Part shown: piece after piece, positions 25,711 to 39,300 of the stretch
How positions within the stretch are numbered: the stretch's first letter is position 1
How the letters are laid out: each line of letters begins with the position of its first letter
Origin: Podarcis vaucheri
Taxonomy: Eukaryota
Length of the DNA stretch: 64,000 nt
Strand: one strand, 5' to 3'
NCBI GenBank assembly: GCA_965113315.1
Contig: OZ220369.1
The notes under the pieces: generated by a model
The model's input: only the letters and a program-made list of their open reading frames with translations
Database searches by the model: none
What the model was told of the DNA's origin: nothing
Position numbers and translations under genes: made by a program

Positions 25711-28700
25711 GTCCAGGAAGTGTCCTGTCATTCTCCACATCCTCTTATTCAGGGAGGGGGCTTTCTGTGAGTGGTTTTTGAAGCTTCACCAGCTGTATGA
25801 TGTTTCCACAGTCCAGTTTCCGGATCAGTGACATCTTTGAGCTCCAACCAGTGCGGATGTGCATTGCCAGCCGTTCACATGCCTTCACAAGCCTGACCTT
25901 CTCACCGCAGAGCATGCAAAACTACCAGTGCATTTTTGAGGCTGCTGTTGATGCACCGCCCAGGTATCCCAGTCATGGCTGATGGAAAGGTGGTGGCTCC
26001 TTTGGGCCATCTTCTAGACATGCACCCAAGGGCAATGTGTTCCCTTGTCTCTTACTTTCAGTGTGGTTGCAAAGTCAAGGAATTTATCCTTTGAGGTCAC
26101 TGGCGATGGCAACCTCCCTCAGGTCACCATCATGCGCCCTGTGCTCCGCAATAAGAAAGGGAACCCACTCCTACTCTTCAGGAGGCTCCTGTTGGGCCAT
26201 ACAGAGATCCTTCCTCTGGTCTTTAAGAACTGTGGCAGCATCCTAGTCCAGGTAGGCAGCTTTGGGCATGGCAATGTTGCTCTTATGTGGTCCATAAGGT
26301 GCACTTACAAATATTTTTTCTAAATAAATAAGTAATACATATGTTGTTAAAATATATTAAAGCGGTTTACAGCAATAAAACAAAACAAAAAATGAAAAAC
26401 CATATGAAAAGTGAAAAAGAGGCATCAGTTAACCATTGTGGAAGAATGTATTGCCTGCATACACCTGGGGAAATAGGAAGGTTTTCGGCAGGCATTTAAA
26501 AGTCAGCATGGAAGGGGAACCCATGGGCTTTTTTATATACATGCAGGGAGAGCTTTTCACTTTCTTCCCACCACCCCAATCACAGGGACAGCCACTCTAA
26601 ATGCCCTGCTTTGATCTGGTGCTTCTTAGATCTTTGGGACCATATATGAGAGGGGGGGGGAGTGGTTCCGCTGCCATCACCCAACCCTCCTGTTCTTATT
26701 TCTTGTTCTTTTTTCCACTCTGCCACACATCCCATCTGAGGGCTAGCCCTTGAGGAAGCAACTCTTGGCCACCATTGCTGCCACTGGGGTGTGCTGCTGA
26801 GTGAGGCTGCCCAGGAGAATGGGTGGATGGTGTCCCTCCCCGGGTGCCTCCCCTCCACTGTTGTCCAAGTAGCTCTCCACTTTTTCCCAGCTGCATTCTT
26901 CTTCCATGTGTTTTTCAAGCTACCCAGGGTTCCTTCTTCAAAGGGCTCAAAAGCTGCCTCCAGGAGGCTTTCATGAGTGTCTGCCAGGACACTAAAGCTA
27001 CCATGCCAGAGCCAAGGGGGAGAGGGCGGTGCAGGATTGACTTAAATATCCTGGGAACAAGATCTGGCCCTGAGGTCAGCAGTTTCCTATCTGTAGTTTA
27101 ATGAATTAAATGGTTTCATAGCAGCATAGGCTGAATTGGTTACCTTAAACATCTGGATGTTAAGAATTTACAGAAAAAGCTATCAGGCAAAGTTCTGCCT
27201 ATTTGATAGTATTCCAAGGTGCTGTCTGGATCTAAATGGTCTCCCAGGACTCATGGCTGTGTTGCTTTTCTTGTTTTGTCCCTTTCCCCAGCTGTTTCTC
27301 AACATCTCAGATGAAAATTGTGCTTTCACTTTGAAACACAGACCCACTACCAAGTGCATTTATATGACTTCTCAGAATGAGGAGAATGAACCCAGCGAGG
27401 GAGGTAAATGACACATACCTGCTACCATGACAAGGGCGCAGTAGCTGTGGAAACGTGGGTGGGCTCCCTGTGGCGCTGGCTTCCTTTTAGCCCCTTGCCC
27501 AGAGCACTGAGACGGCTGCCTGAACAAAATGTCTGCAGAGGTGCAGCTGAAGGTCTCGTAAACAAAAAGCAAAGGAAGGGCCTTTTCTTTCTCCCCGAGA
27601 TCTCTGGGCCTTGTGGAGGAGGAATTCTGATATTTTGGTCTCCTATTTCCTTTGTCCTTTCCTAGTCAGGAAACCTCACACAGCCTCTCTTATCCTGCAC
27701 AATGGAGAGTCCGCTGAGTTTGATGTGGTTTTCCAACCCACCTTGGCCCAGCGCATTGAAGGACGGATCCACCTCTCTATTGTGGATAATCAGTACGAGG
27801 AGACCAGCATCCAAATGGTGGGTGAGGGCTACCAGGATGATGTCGTGCTGGACAACATCCACAGCTTGATTACAGAGACTGGTTCTGAAAGACATCTGGA
27901 AGAGAACACAGCCGAGGGTGAGAGAAAGGGGAGGTGCTTCAGTGAACTGGGAGTTGGACCGCTAGCAATGTGTGACAAATTTATATATATATATATTTAT
28001 TTATTAAACCATTTTAACAAAACAAATTATCAATCAAAGGTGTGGCAAATGTTGCCTTGTTTAGGGATCCTCCCAAAATGTGCTGGCCATACCTAGCTGA
28101 TCACAGACTAACAGTTAATTGAGGCAATGGATTTCCTCAGAGCAAAATCTTACCCAGAACTTGAAGATTCTATGCTGGGATAATAAGACAAACAATAATT
28201 CTTCTTGCATGGACAGCTCTTGAGGCCAACTTTATTTTTTTTATGTCTCAAGAATATAATTCTATTACAGAATAAAAACTAGTAACTGTATTCACATCTG
28301 ATGCATAAGTAGACCCAACAAATGTGGTAAACATTCATGATATGAAGGCTATAATATTATTCATTTTTATTGAAAATATTTCAATTAAACAAAATAAAGT
28401 GGAAAACAAGAAAAATGAAACAAATGGTGCATAAAAGGGGGGAAACTCACTATAATGACATACATACTTATCTAATACAAAAGCATATAAATGAAATTAA
28501 TATTCTAATACATACACGATTATTTATAATCTACTATATTTTTATAAATGGCTTCCAAATGTCATAATAGTGATCCATAAACAGTCTATGTCTATAAGCT
28601 ATTTGTTTCTATGTTGCAAGGGTTGTCATATATTCTATCCATTGATTAAAGGGGGGCATAGATTTGTGGTTCCAGCAGTGGCGGAGGAAGAGGAGTGCGG

Positions 28701-31700
28701 GGCAAGCGCACCACCCCCAGCAGCATGATCCCGGTGGGGTGCCATCGCAGCTAACCCCCCCCCCCCATGCTGGGCGCCACGTCCCCACAGGCGGCATACC
28801 ACGCCCCTGCCTGCTGTCCGCCCCCCGGTGCCGGAGCATGAAGCTCCGCCACTGGGTTCCAGTGGATCAATATCAGTCTTAGTGCCGTAGTGAAGGTGAA
28901 AATAATCCATTTATGCTAACCAGTTGTCAAATATAGTAGGTAGATATTAAAATAATACCGTCCTCTGACAATACTAGCTTTCCCCCCAAAGTAATATTTA
29001 TACACTCTAGCACTTTCTTCCAAAATTCATAAGCATTGGACATTGCATAAACATACTTTTCAAAGAAGCATTATTACATCTACAACAGGTTGTCATAGAT
29101 AGTCCCTTTCTATACAAACATTAGAGTCCAATAAATTCTAAATATTATATTTTGTAGTATAAGACACAATTTTAAATTCATTGACACCTTTGCTACAGAA
29201 GTTGATTTCTATATTTCCTAAGATAAAGAAAGTAGATTTATATCTATTTGCAGCAATACTTCTTCATACGTATTACTACATTGTTAAAAAACAAAACATA
29301 GGCAGCTTTTTTTTAGTAGTATCCCATGGTGGGCCAGATCCTGAGCCCCTTCTCCCCCAGCAGATCACTTTGAAAGGTTGGTGATGCACTGAGGAGATGG
29401 AAGCAAACTTGTGAACTTAGAAACCTGAGTTCTAAGCAGATGGAAAACAAAAGCAGGCAAGCAGGCAAGCGGCTCCAAACTGTAGTTTGGCAGCTATGCA
29501 TATGGACATTCAAACCATGATGTGGGTTCTTAACGTTCAGTGCATACCATGGTTGAGTGTGGCATTTGAATTGAGCTAATGGGCAAAGGGGCTTCAAGGT
29601 TCAAGAAGGCAAGTGGGAAGTAAGACGCTACGCCTTGTGACAATGTCTTTATCACTGGGAGGCAACAAAAGCTGCCCTTGTTCAGAACACCTGGCCTCTT
29701 TCCCCACAGCTCCCCGAATAGATTGCGTCCAGTTTGGGGACTGTCACATTGGCAGGTCCTATCAGGCATCATGTACCATAACCAACCACAGCAAGTCAGA
29801 TGTGATGAGATTTGAATGGCCGACTTCGGGTCCACTTCACTTCTCCCCACAGGTAGGTGGAGGCACCCCTGTCCTCAATTCTCCTTTGCTGCCAAAGCTC
29901 CCAAAGGCCCAAGGCTTTGCACCCCACTTATCTCTTGCAGGCTCCATTGTTACCAAAGGTGGGGGCAGGCTTCCACAATTGTTTAGTGTGGAATTGCCAC
30001 ATGTAGTCCCAACTGGAATGAAAATATGTTTCAGTATGTTGAAGATCATACAGGGGAGGCTGCAGCCTGAAGTTGCCATTGTGCTTCTCACCAGTGCTGA
30101 ATTAATCCCTAAGGAGAAAAGTGCAGGTCACCATCAGCGTGCACTCAGTTTACTTTCAGGGCTGTCCAGTGATCAATGCAGGTCTTTTATGATCCTGCTA
30201 TTTCTCCTTGGTTATCTTGCCAACATCTGACTCTCTGGTTCTCCACACCCCTCCCCTAGGTTGGCCACCTCCACAGCGGGTGCACCAAAAACATCACAGT
30301 AACCTTGAAATCTAGCCTCCCCGTCACACTGAAAGAACAGGCCATCAAGTGCAAGGTGACCAAGATTGCCTTTCAGTTGCCAGCTGACCAAGTGCCTGAT
30401 TGGGACGATCGCCTCCACACTGTCAAATGGGTGGACATCTCAAAAAGTATCACGACAACACGCCCAACTAAGAAGAAGGTAAGAAACAAGGGAGTGAAGA
30501 GGTGCTCAGAGAGGTCTCATGCAGGCACTGATGGAGCTGAATTGAACAAGGCTGAATTCTGCATCAAGGGAATGAGGATTCTAGGTCCAAGACAAATTGA
30601 AACAGGGGGGTTGCTGTATGTTGCACAGGTTGCACAGCTCAGGATTTGTCACATGACCTGTTGTAGCCTTTTGCTGTTCAGGAGGTTTCTCTGCTGTTTT
30701 ATTCTTCTGCTTGCTGCCTTGCCAGATATGAACCTCACCTGGTACTTGTTGGGCTCTGGGTTCAGAAGCTACACTCTCATCTGGAGATGTCAAAGGAAAC
30801 AAATGCTATTTTCTTCCCAGATCTAATGGGTGATGAAAATGAAGCCTGTCCTTTTGGGATTTACATATTACTTGGAATGAGTTACTTCCTTATCACCTGA
30901 CCTGTGACGTTGTCCTAATTTGTTTACTTTAACTTCTTCATAAGGTTTCATTTTCTATTTACTTACTTCCTTTTGTATTAATTTTTCATATGTAACCCAA
31001 TTTTTACTCATATTTATCCTTTTCACACTCATCGCTTCTAATGGGGACACCCATCGCAGTGTTTCCTTTGCTGAATCTCACTGGCAAAGTGGCCTCTCCT
31101 TGTGCCTCCATCCACTTGCCGGCGGTAGTAATGCCCCTAAATACCAGTTACTGGAAACCACAGGAGGGGGAGAGTGCTGTGGCACTTGGTTTCTGCTTGC
31201 AGGCTTCCTATTGACCACTGTGAGAACAGGTGGCGGGGTTAGATGTGCAACTGACCTGATCCTGAAGAGCTGTTCTTAAGTTCTTAAGGTTGGAAACGAG
31301 CCACCTTTTGGTTGCTTCCTATTGTGGCTGCTTCCTATTGTTCTGCTGTTGGTGTAGGTGATTGAGACAGATCCAGAACCTGCTCACACGACTGTGGAAG
31401 ACAGTGGCCGAGAACTGGAGCTCTGGGTGAGTGCCACTGTGGACTACGCACAATACAAAATGGAAGTGGAGACAGTGAACTTCAAGGACACTTTGCTGTT
31501 CCAGACAAGGGTGTACGAGTGAGTAACAAATATGCAGAATCTTGTTCAGAGGCTGCCTTCTATTTTTGTGCCCCCCCCTTTTGTGGAGTCCAGCTTCCCC
31601 TACCTTACAGTGTGCTGGACACATATACCTGCATTCCCATGGCTGATTCATGCTTCAGGCCACCTTGTTTTCCCCAAACTTAGTGATGAAGAGGATTGAG

Positions 31701-34700
31701 TATATGTGACCAGAGCACAGTGACTCCTCTATTTCCTTTGTTCTGAGCCAGACCTCCCAATTTCCTCCTTTTCTCTCTGCCCTCTTGTTCTACCAGTGTG
31801 GAGCTGTCTAATACAGGGAACGTGCAGCTAGAATACACCTGGAATGTGGTCATGGAGGAGACCGGGAGGGCGGTCAACTTTGCTACTGAGGCTTTGGCAG
31901 CCAGCCCAGAAGGTGCAATAGGTAAGCCTTAGTGGGCTTCTCAGGCTCTCCACCACTTCTCAGGTGCCTTGAGAACATCCTCAGATCCTTCCCTTCTAGC
32001 TTGTGGAACATCACACACCCCTGCCTGTTGGCCCTTTCCTCTCATCTTTTTGGATCTTTCAAGACTGTTCATATATTTGCCTGGGACGTTCAAGGCAGGT
32101 TGCAACAGGTACAACAGTAGCTGCATCAGCCAGAAGGGAGTTACTTGCAAGGGGATGCTTTCTAGAGAGTTAATGGGGAACTTTTAGCTTGTCTGTATGC
32201 TTATTTAAAACATTTCTTTGGCAGTTCACAAGCATATAAATACATTTTCTATTAAAAAAAAAGCAGCACATTTGTAGTAAAGTCTTTCCTAACTTCACTA
32301 CAACATTAAAATGCAATAAATGCATCCAGATTAAGCAAGACAATTTTTACAACAGCATCACAACAGAAAAGCAGCACACCACCCCTCCCCAGCTATCACA
32401 ATATGGATCTCAGCTGCAATGCAACTTCATTTGAATATCTAAGCAGAGAGATAGGTCTATCTGGAAGAAGGCTTTCCTCCACATAACCTAGGCCAAGCTT
32501 GCTAAGGACTTGGCCCAGAAGCAAACACACAGGCAGCACAGTTCTTTTAAAAGTGGTGCTTCTTGCTCACAGTCGACCACTCCACTCAGTAGTGCCATTT
32601 CACTGCCTTCTGTGCAAGCTGCAGCTTCCAGGCCAACCCTAAACGTGGCATTTTTGCTCTATGTCTCAAGTGCTTGCTGTTGCCATCACCTCTTCCCCAT
32701 CACATTCTCTGGAGCATGAAGGACACTGGCCAGGGCAAACTTGCACACCAAGTCCCAGAGATGTTTGCCCTGGTAGATGAGTTCATAACAAGCCATAACG
32801 TCCAGATGTGGAAAATAAATGGAAGGTCACAAAATGCTGCTTTGAATAATGCATTGAGGAGAAGCAGTTGTCTCAGCAAATTCTTCCTTCAACTCAGCTG
32901 AAGTTCCATCTGTTGCTTCCATCAAGACCGGGTCCAGCCGACGGTTCAGTCATTTTGAGAGTATGGTGGACAGCCTTTCTTCCTACGTGTCCCCAGCAGC
33001 CACTGGAGCCCCCTTCTTCATGGAGCCCAACTGTGGTACCATCCTTCCTAAGAGCTCCCAGACCCTCCAGGTGAAATTCTGTCCTCAGGAAGTGGGAGAG
33101 TTTGAGGGCCGCCTACTCTGCAGGTAAGGAGACTTCCCACAAATGCCATCCACAAGTCCCGAGAGAGCAAATCTTCCCGACCCTGCAGATGTTGTTACAT
33201 CTTGCTCTCACCTTGAGAGCTTCCTTACACAGCTGCTGTGGTGTTTGGTGGGAGGCAGGCAGCATGGTCTGTGACTTCCTAACAAAATGGCTATTACCTA
33301 GGTTTAGAAGGCTCTGAACTTTGTTCTGTATGACTGCACAGAAATTATAGTCACTATCTTTCTGGCATCAACACTGTCTCTCTGAATCCAGGGGAGAAGG
33401 AGCAGTGCAGAGGCAGCAACACAGGTTTCCCCTTGCTTCATTGCGCCATTTTGATGGACTTGGGATGTTGGCAGCTCAAGTGTTCCCATAAATAGGGGGG
33501 AAAGGCCTCCAACAACAGAGTTTTGACTCTCCCCAACAGTGCCACAAGTAGTTGAGCCTTATGCAGTGGAGGCCTACACCAGTCAAATGCTGAACTTATC
33601 TGAATAGTATGTATATATCTGCTCAGTGGGACAAAATGCGGGTGAAGCTTTTGCTCATGCCTTGGAATGCCAGCAGATGCAAATGTGCATTGACTGCATA
33701 ATGCTTGGTGAGAAACTGAGTAAAATGGGGATTTGTTAGTCCAGAAAGGGTGGTAATCACTGCCAAAGAGGCAGAAAAACAGCAAGAGAGTTTCCTTGTG
33801 GGGAAAAGATGGATCACATGCCATGTGTGAGGTAGGGAGTCCCAGAAATTAATTTTCATATTCCCTGTCAACCTGGGCCTTTTTCCTTTCAGTATTTCTA
33901 ACCTGAAGCCTGATGAGGAAGGCCCAGTTGTGGCTGTGAAGGCGAAGAGCCTCCTGCCCTACTGTCATTTTGAGCTGGAAGATTCCAATTACATCACTGC
34001 GCACAGACGCAACCAAGACTTGCGAGGGCCTGGTGGAATGAGCCTGGATGCCAACACCAAAGTGATTGAATTTACCTCTATAGGAGTGTATGTCAGGAAC
34101 ACCCGGTGAGTATCCAGTCAGTTCTTTGCATTGACTGCTTCATTCAAACACTCATAGGTGTTCTAAGCAGTGACTGGGAACATCCCTTGGACTTGGGCTT
34201 TCAGCCGAAAGAGCTGCTTTCCCTTTGGCAGTGTTGCAAGCCCAGGATGGTGGGGCTGCTGGTGCAGCAGCAGTTTATTCCACGGCTGTGTTTTTGCTAT
34301 TTCTCCTTCCTGCGTGGCACACCAGTGCCAGTCATGACTCTGGAGAGGGTCTGAAGCAGCTACCCTGGAAGCATTTGCTAACATCTGAAAGTTTTGCATC
34401 AGTGCAAAAGCACCTACATAGAAAAAAGAATGTTTATCAGCAGAAAAACACAAGAGGAATAAGGATATATCCTCAGTAGCTGGATGTTATCACTGCCTCC
34501 AAGGACCGTTGAGGAAATAGATGCTATTGAAAAAGATTCATCAAAATGGATTATTCAACTGGTGTTCCCTATTCTGATTAATATTATTTGGGTTGTTTTG
34601 CTGTATCTTTATTGATGTAATAAATTGGTCTTGTTATTGTTTATGCTTTGGCTTCTGGGAACCTTTACCATTGTTTTTCTTCATATAAAGCATGTCACTT

Positions 34701-36280
34701 ATCTGATAAAAGTCAGGAGGCAGGGATTCAAGCTTGTGAATTTCATAACTTCACCCAGTAACTTGAGTTCTGGCTGATAGTGACCCACATGCTGAATTAG
34801 TGAATCAAGCACTTTTATTTGCATCCAGGCTTCAAGCTTTTATTGATGTGATCAGTCAACTAATCAACTAAAATTTATTTGATTCACTGGTGGGGGCTGA
34901 CTTTTAATCAGTAGCACTCTGAAAATGAAGGCACACTTGCTTATTTTTTATGTGGCTTTGTGATAGGCTTGTAAAGGCTTGATAAGGGAAAGAAAATCAA
35001 ATGTTAAAAATAGTCTTTCTCTCTAAAATGAGTGATAGCTTTAAGAAATAAATTGTGTTGTACATCACCACAAAAAAACAAAAACAAAGCACATATCCTT
35101 GCACTAGACCTTTGGTGCTATGCAAAAGTGCATAAATGCAATTTGTTACTGAACTGGTTTCTTAAAAGACAGATGAACAATCAACTAGACTCCCCCCCCC
35201 CCATTAGCTGACAGCCTAACATGTCTCCAATGTCACCTCTTCCATGTCTTGGGTAGGAGCTTTGCCATCATGAACCCCACCAATGCCACCTACTCTTTCC
35301 AGTGGGTCTGTGAGCAGCAGGAGAACAAAGATTATGCTGCCTTCATCTGCTTTACGGAGCGAGGCCAGCTCCGGCCAGAGAAAAAAGTGGAGGTGAGTTG
35401 GCAGAGGGAATGCCAAGTTAGGGCCACCATTTCTTGCCTCTGAGTCTTCCTTGGCAAGGGTGTGGCCACTCCTGGTTGCCTGTTCCTCTTGCAAGTGTGG
35501 AATTCAGACAAACAAAGGGCGAGACATATATGGATGTGTCATATACATGTACCTTTTCCATGTGCCACTTCTGGTAGTTCTTATTCCAGCAAGCCGACAC
35601 AGAAGCACATCTATTCTGGTAACAGTATGTGTTTTGAACCCGCATGCATGTCTAGCACTCATGTGTATTCACACACACACTAAAGATAGGTTTAGGATCT
35701 TTTGCTGGAGTTATGACATGTGCTTGTTATGTGTTAACCCTTAACCTCATGCCCACAATAACTTCTCACCCCAAGGAATAAAGAAAGCTTGGTTTATTAT
35801 AGGAAACACAAGTGACAGAATATATAAATATTGCTTCAGACAGCAAAATTACAAGTTAAGCAGGCAGCAACTACTACAGTGCACACTGCCCTTGACCTGA
35901 AGAGTGAAAGAGGCCCTGTTTTAAAAGGCCTATGGAAACATGGGTATTACAATTTTGCCAGCAAGACCCACACTAAGAGCAAGAAATGGAAAGGGAAGAA
36001 TATATCTGGTGTAGGTGGGTTTCCATGAAGCAAGACACAGCGATAACAGCAAGAACCTTTATTGACCTACATAACTGTGGAAACAGGGGCAAAGCAACTG
36101 CTTATAAAGTGAAGCAGGCCTGTGCTGTTCCTTGAGAGTGCTGAGAAAGAGAGTTCCTCAATGGAGCTATGAAAGCTATTGACTATTGGAAAACCTGGGG
36201 TTTTAATAATATTTTTAGTCAATGCCTCCTAGTAGAGAAGGAAGAGGCTGGCTGCAAAACTGGGGAAGTCCTTAGTGATG

Positions 36281-36315
<35 letters not shown>

Positions 36316-39300
36316 GAAATACTTTTGAAAGCATTGTAGTAAAAGGCAGGGGGGAGGAGGTAGAAAACTGCCACTAGCAAGAGCAGGGCTGTGCCAGAGG
36401 TTTCCAGTTGCTTTTTTACCTGTAGGTCATATTTGAATTCATCCCTCAACATCTGGACACCACAGAATCCTTTTGGACTTTCTTAATCCCTGAACACAAC
36501 CTTTCTGTCCCATTCCTCTTGGTTGGCCACACCACAGACCCTACTGTGTATCTGGAGAGATCCCACCTGAACTTCCGCTCGCTCCTTATTGGTAAGGACG
36601 GACATGGGAGGCAGCGCAGGGGGGGGGGCTGTATCTGTCCATTTCAGTTTCTTATTTTCCCAGTCTGAATATCTATTTGCCATATTTCACACAATTTGTA
36701 TAAATGTATGGTGCAATCTAATCATATTCTGCAATTTAATTTTAAAACAAATATTCATAAAAATTCTTTAGTATTTTGGTGCACAAAGAAATCAACTTTG
36801 CAAGGTGAGAACCAAATGGTATTTCCCTTTAATATATCCATTTTTGTTTATATATTATAGTTAAAAAACTGCATTGACATTGCAAAATTCAGAGACATGT
36901 GAATTTTAAAGGATAAATGGGTTTCATTTTGTGTAAGTTTTTATTGGGGGGGAAATACATTTTACTCTTAGGCAGTAAAGATTCTGAGTAAATATAATTG
37001 GGAAGGCAGTGAGTTCTCTCTAACAAACTGACTCAAACCCTAGCAATCTGTTGCTATTCCTCTCTCGCAAGGACACGAGGCTCGTGAGAGCATCGACATT
37101 ATCAACAATGAGAATGAGACCTACAATTTTTCCTTCAGAGAAGGCTCTCGTTTTTCAGAGGGGCGAATCAGCTGTCTAAAACTGCAGCCCATGGAAGGCT
37201 CAATCCCACCTCGTTCCAGGTAAAGGAGGATGTGGAGCTAGATGACAAGTGCCTTGAATGGCACATTCTTGGTACTCAGGGTGTCCCTGTTGATTGGGAG
37301 CGAGCCAGACATTCCCTTTGTAAGATTCTTGTGTTTCTGGTCCCATGGCATCATCTGTAAAGCACTTGTTCTTTGGCCCCTTTCTCCCCTGCAACTTCAC
37401 ATTCTGCATTGCAGGGAAGGATTTTGGCTACAGGCTTAGCACAAAGCATGCATTGACATACATGCAATTTTCCGCAGGTTTATGAGGGGTTAACTGGTCT
37501 TGAAAAGCCCTCAGTGTTGAAAGGGCTCAGCATCCTACAGGATGCAGTTATCCTTGTGACTAGTTTTCTCAGTGCAACCAACCCCAACCAAATGTGTGGT
37601 GTTTTCTCACCAGGCTTCCTATTAGCATCTTATTCATGCCTAACCTGGAGGGCGAGGTAAACTTCAACTTGATCTGTGATGTCAAAAGAAAGAGCCAGCC
37701 CCTCTGTTTGAACATCAAAGCCACTGGCCACACCATGAATGTGTCTGTGAAGTGTCAGGAAAGTAGTGGTTTGCTTACTGAGCTGGACCCTGGCCAGCCA
37801 CACCGGATCAGCTTTCAAGAGGTGAGAGCCCAGGATTATCTTATCGCTACTTGACTCCAACAAGCATCAACACTTTGCAGAATTTTCCATAGTGATGGCT
37901 TGAGAAACAGTGTCTTTAACAGCAAGCTGTGTTGATGGAAACATCCCCAAGCAGATCGGCTAGGCCGATCCCTAAGCATCAGCATTGTGGATTCATTTGT
38001 AGGAAAGGTAGGGTCACAAACTGTGAGAGGTCCTTGCAGAAATGTACTCTGTTGCTCTTTGGCAACACTCCAGGTGGTGACAAATTCCCTTCTCTCTCCC
38101 ACTTCAGGAGGCTCGTATTATGCATGCAACTTGAGAAAAAAATAAAACTGAGCTCAGTGGAGCTTAGATCCTAGTGCAGAGGTGGGGCATGGGTGCCATT
38201 GGACTCTTAACACCTGAATGGCTTGGGTTACTGACACGATCACCCCTGAGTGCCCTCTCCCACTTCATGGAGCCTGTTTGGCCCCCTGGTATACTCCAGA
38301 GCTTAGGGCAAGGAAACAAGCTGGGAGACGGCTTGAACGCAAGTGAAGGAAAGATCCGAATGAACGCAACCGAACACTGGTAAGGGCTCATTATCAAGCC
38401 TACCTAGTGGTCGTGAAGGCAGCAAAGAAAGCATACTTTGCTGCCTCCATTGCATCCTCATTATGTCCTCCTGCAGAGCTTTTCCAGGTTGTACAGGGCC
38501 TTTTACAGGCTGGCCCAAAGGAGGTGGGAGAACCAACGATAGCTCACTGTGACTTGTTTGCAAAGCATTTTGATGATAAAATCACTTGCATCTACCAAGA
38601 CCTTGACTCTGCTGTTATAGCAGATGAATCTCATGGGGTGTCCAGAGCACTGCTTAGTCCTGTTGTGTTGGATGAGTCGGTAAGGTTTGAGGATGTGGAC
38701 AAGGTGCTCGGATCAGTCAGGGCAACCACTTGCACTCTAGATCATTGCTCCTCTTGGCTGATAAAAACCAACAGGGAGAGAATGGTTGGCTGGACCAGGG
38801 AGGTGATCAATGCCTCTTTATGAGAGGGGGTGGTCCCTGCTTGTTTGAAGGAGGCAGTGGTAAAACCATTCCTTAAGAAACCTTCCCTGGATTCGGAAAA
38901 CCGAACTAACTATCGGCCAGTTGCTAATCCCCCTTTTCCTGAACAAGGTTCTGGAGCAAGTGGTTGTAGACCAGATTCAGGCACTTTTGGAAAAAAACTG
39001 ATTTTGTGGATCCATTTCAATCGGGGTTTAGGCCCGATTTTGGCACAGAAACTTCTTTGGATGCCCTGTATGATGACCTCTATCCAGAGAGAGACAAGGG
39101 AAACATGTCCCTGTTAATTATTCTCGACCTCTCAGCAGCTTTTGATACCATCGACCATGGTATCCTTCTGGAGTGACTATCCAAACAAGGTGTGGGTGGC
39201 ACCACTAGCTCAAAGGAAGACAAGCCTATAACAAGCAGTGGTTCTGCAACAGTATTAATGCTGCATCTTCTCTTTGCTCTGGACAGATGCAAGTCAGTGA

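Noticed and set aside
32572-32720. Possible extra HYDIN exon after an acceptor-like tcacag
   Set aside because: The required phase-1 frame hits a stop within a few codons, and exons 31 and 32 already join in frame.
38407-39117. ORFs with reverse-transcriptase-like motifs as a possible nested gene
   Set aside because: Multiple stops and frameshifts; a dead LINE fragment.
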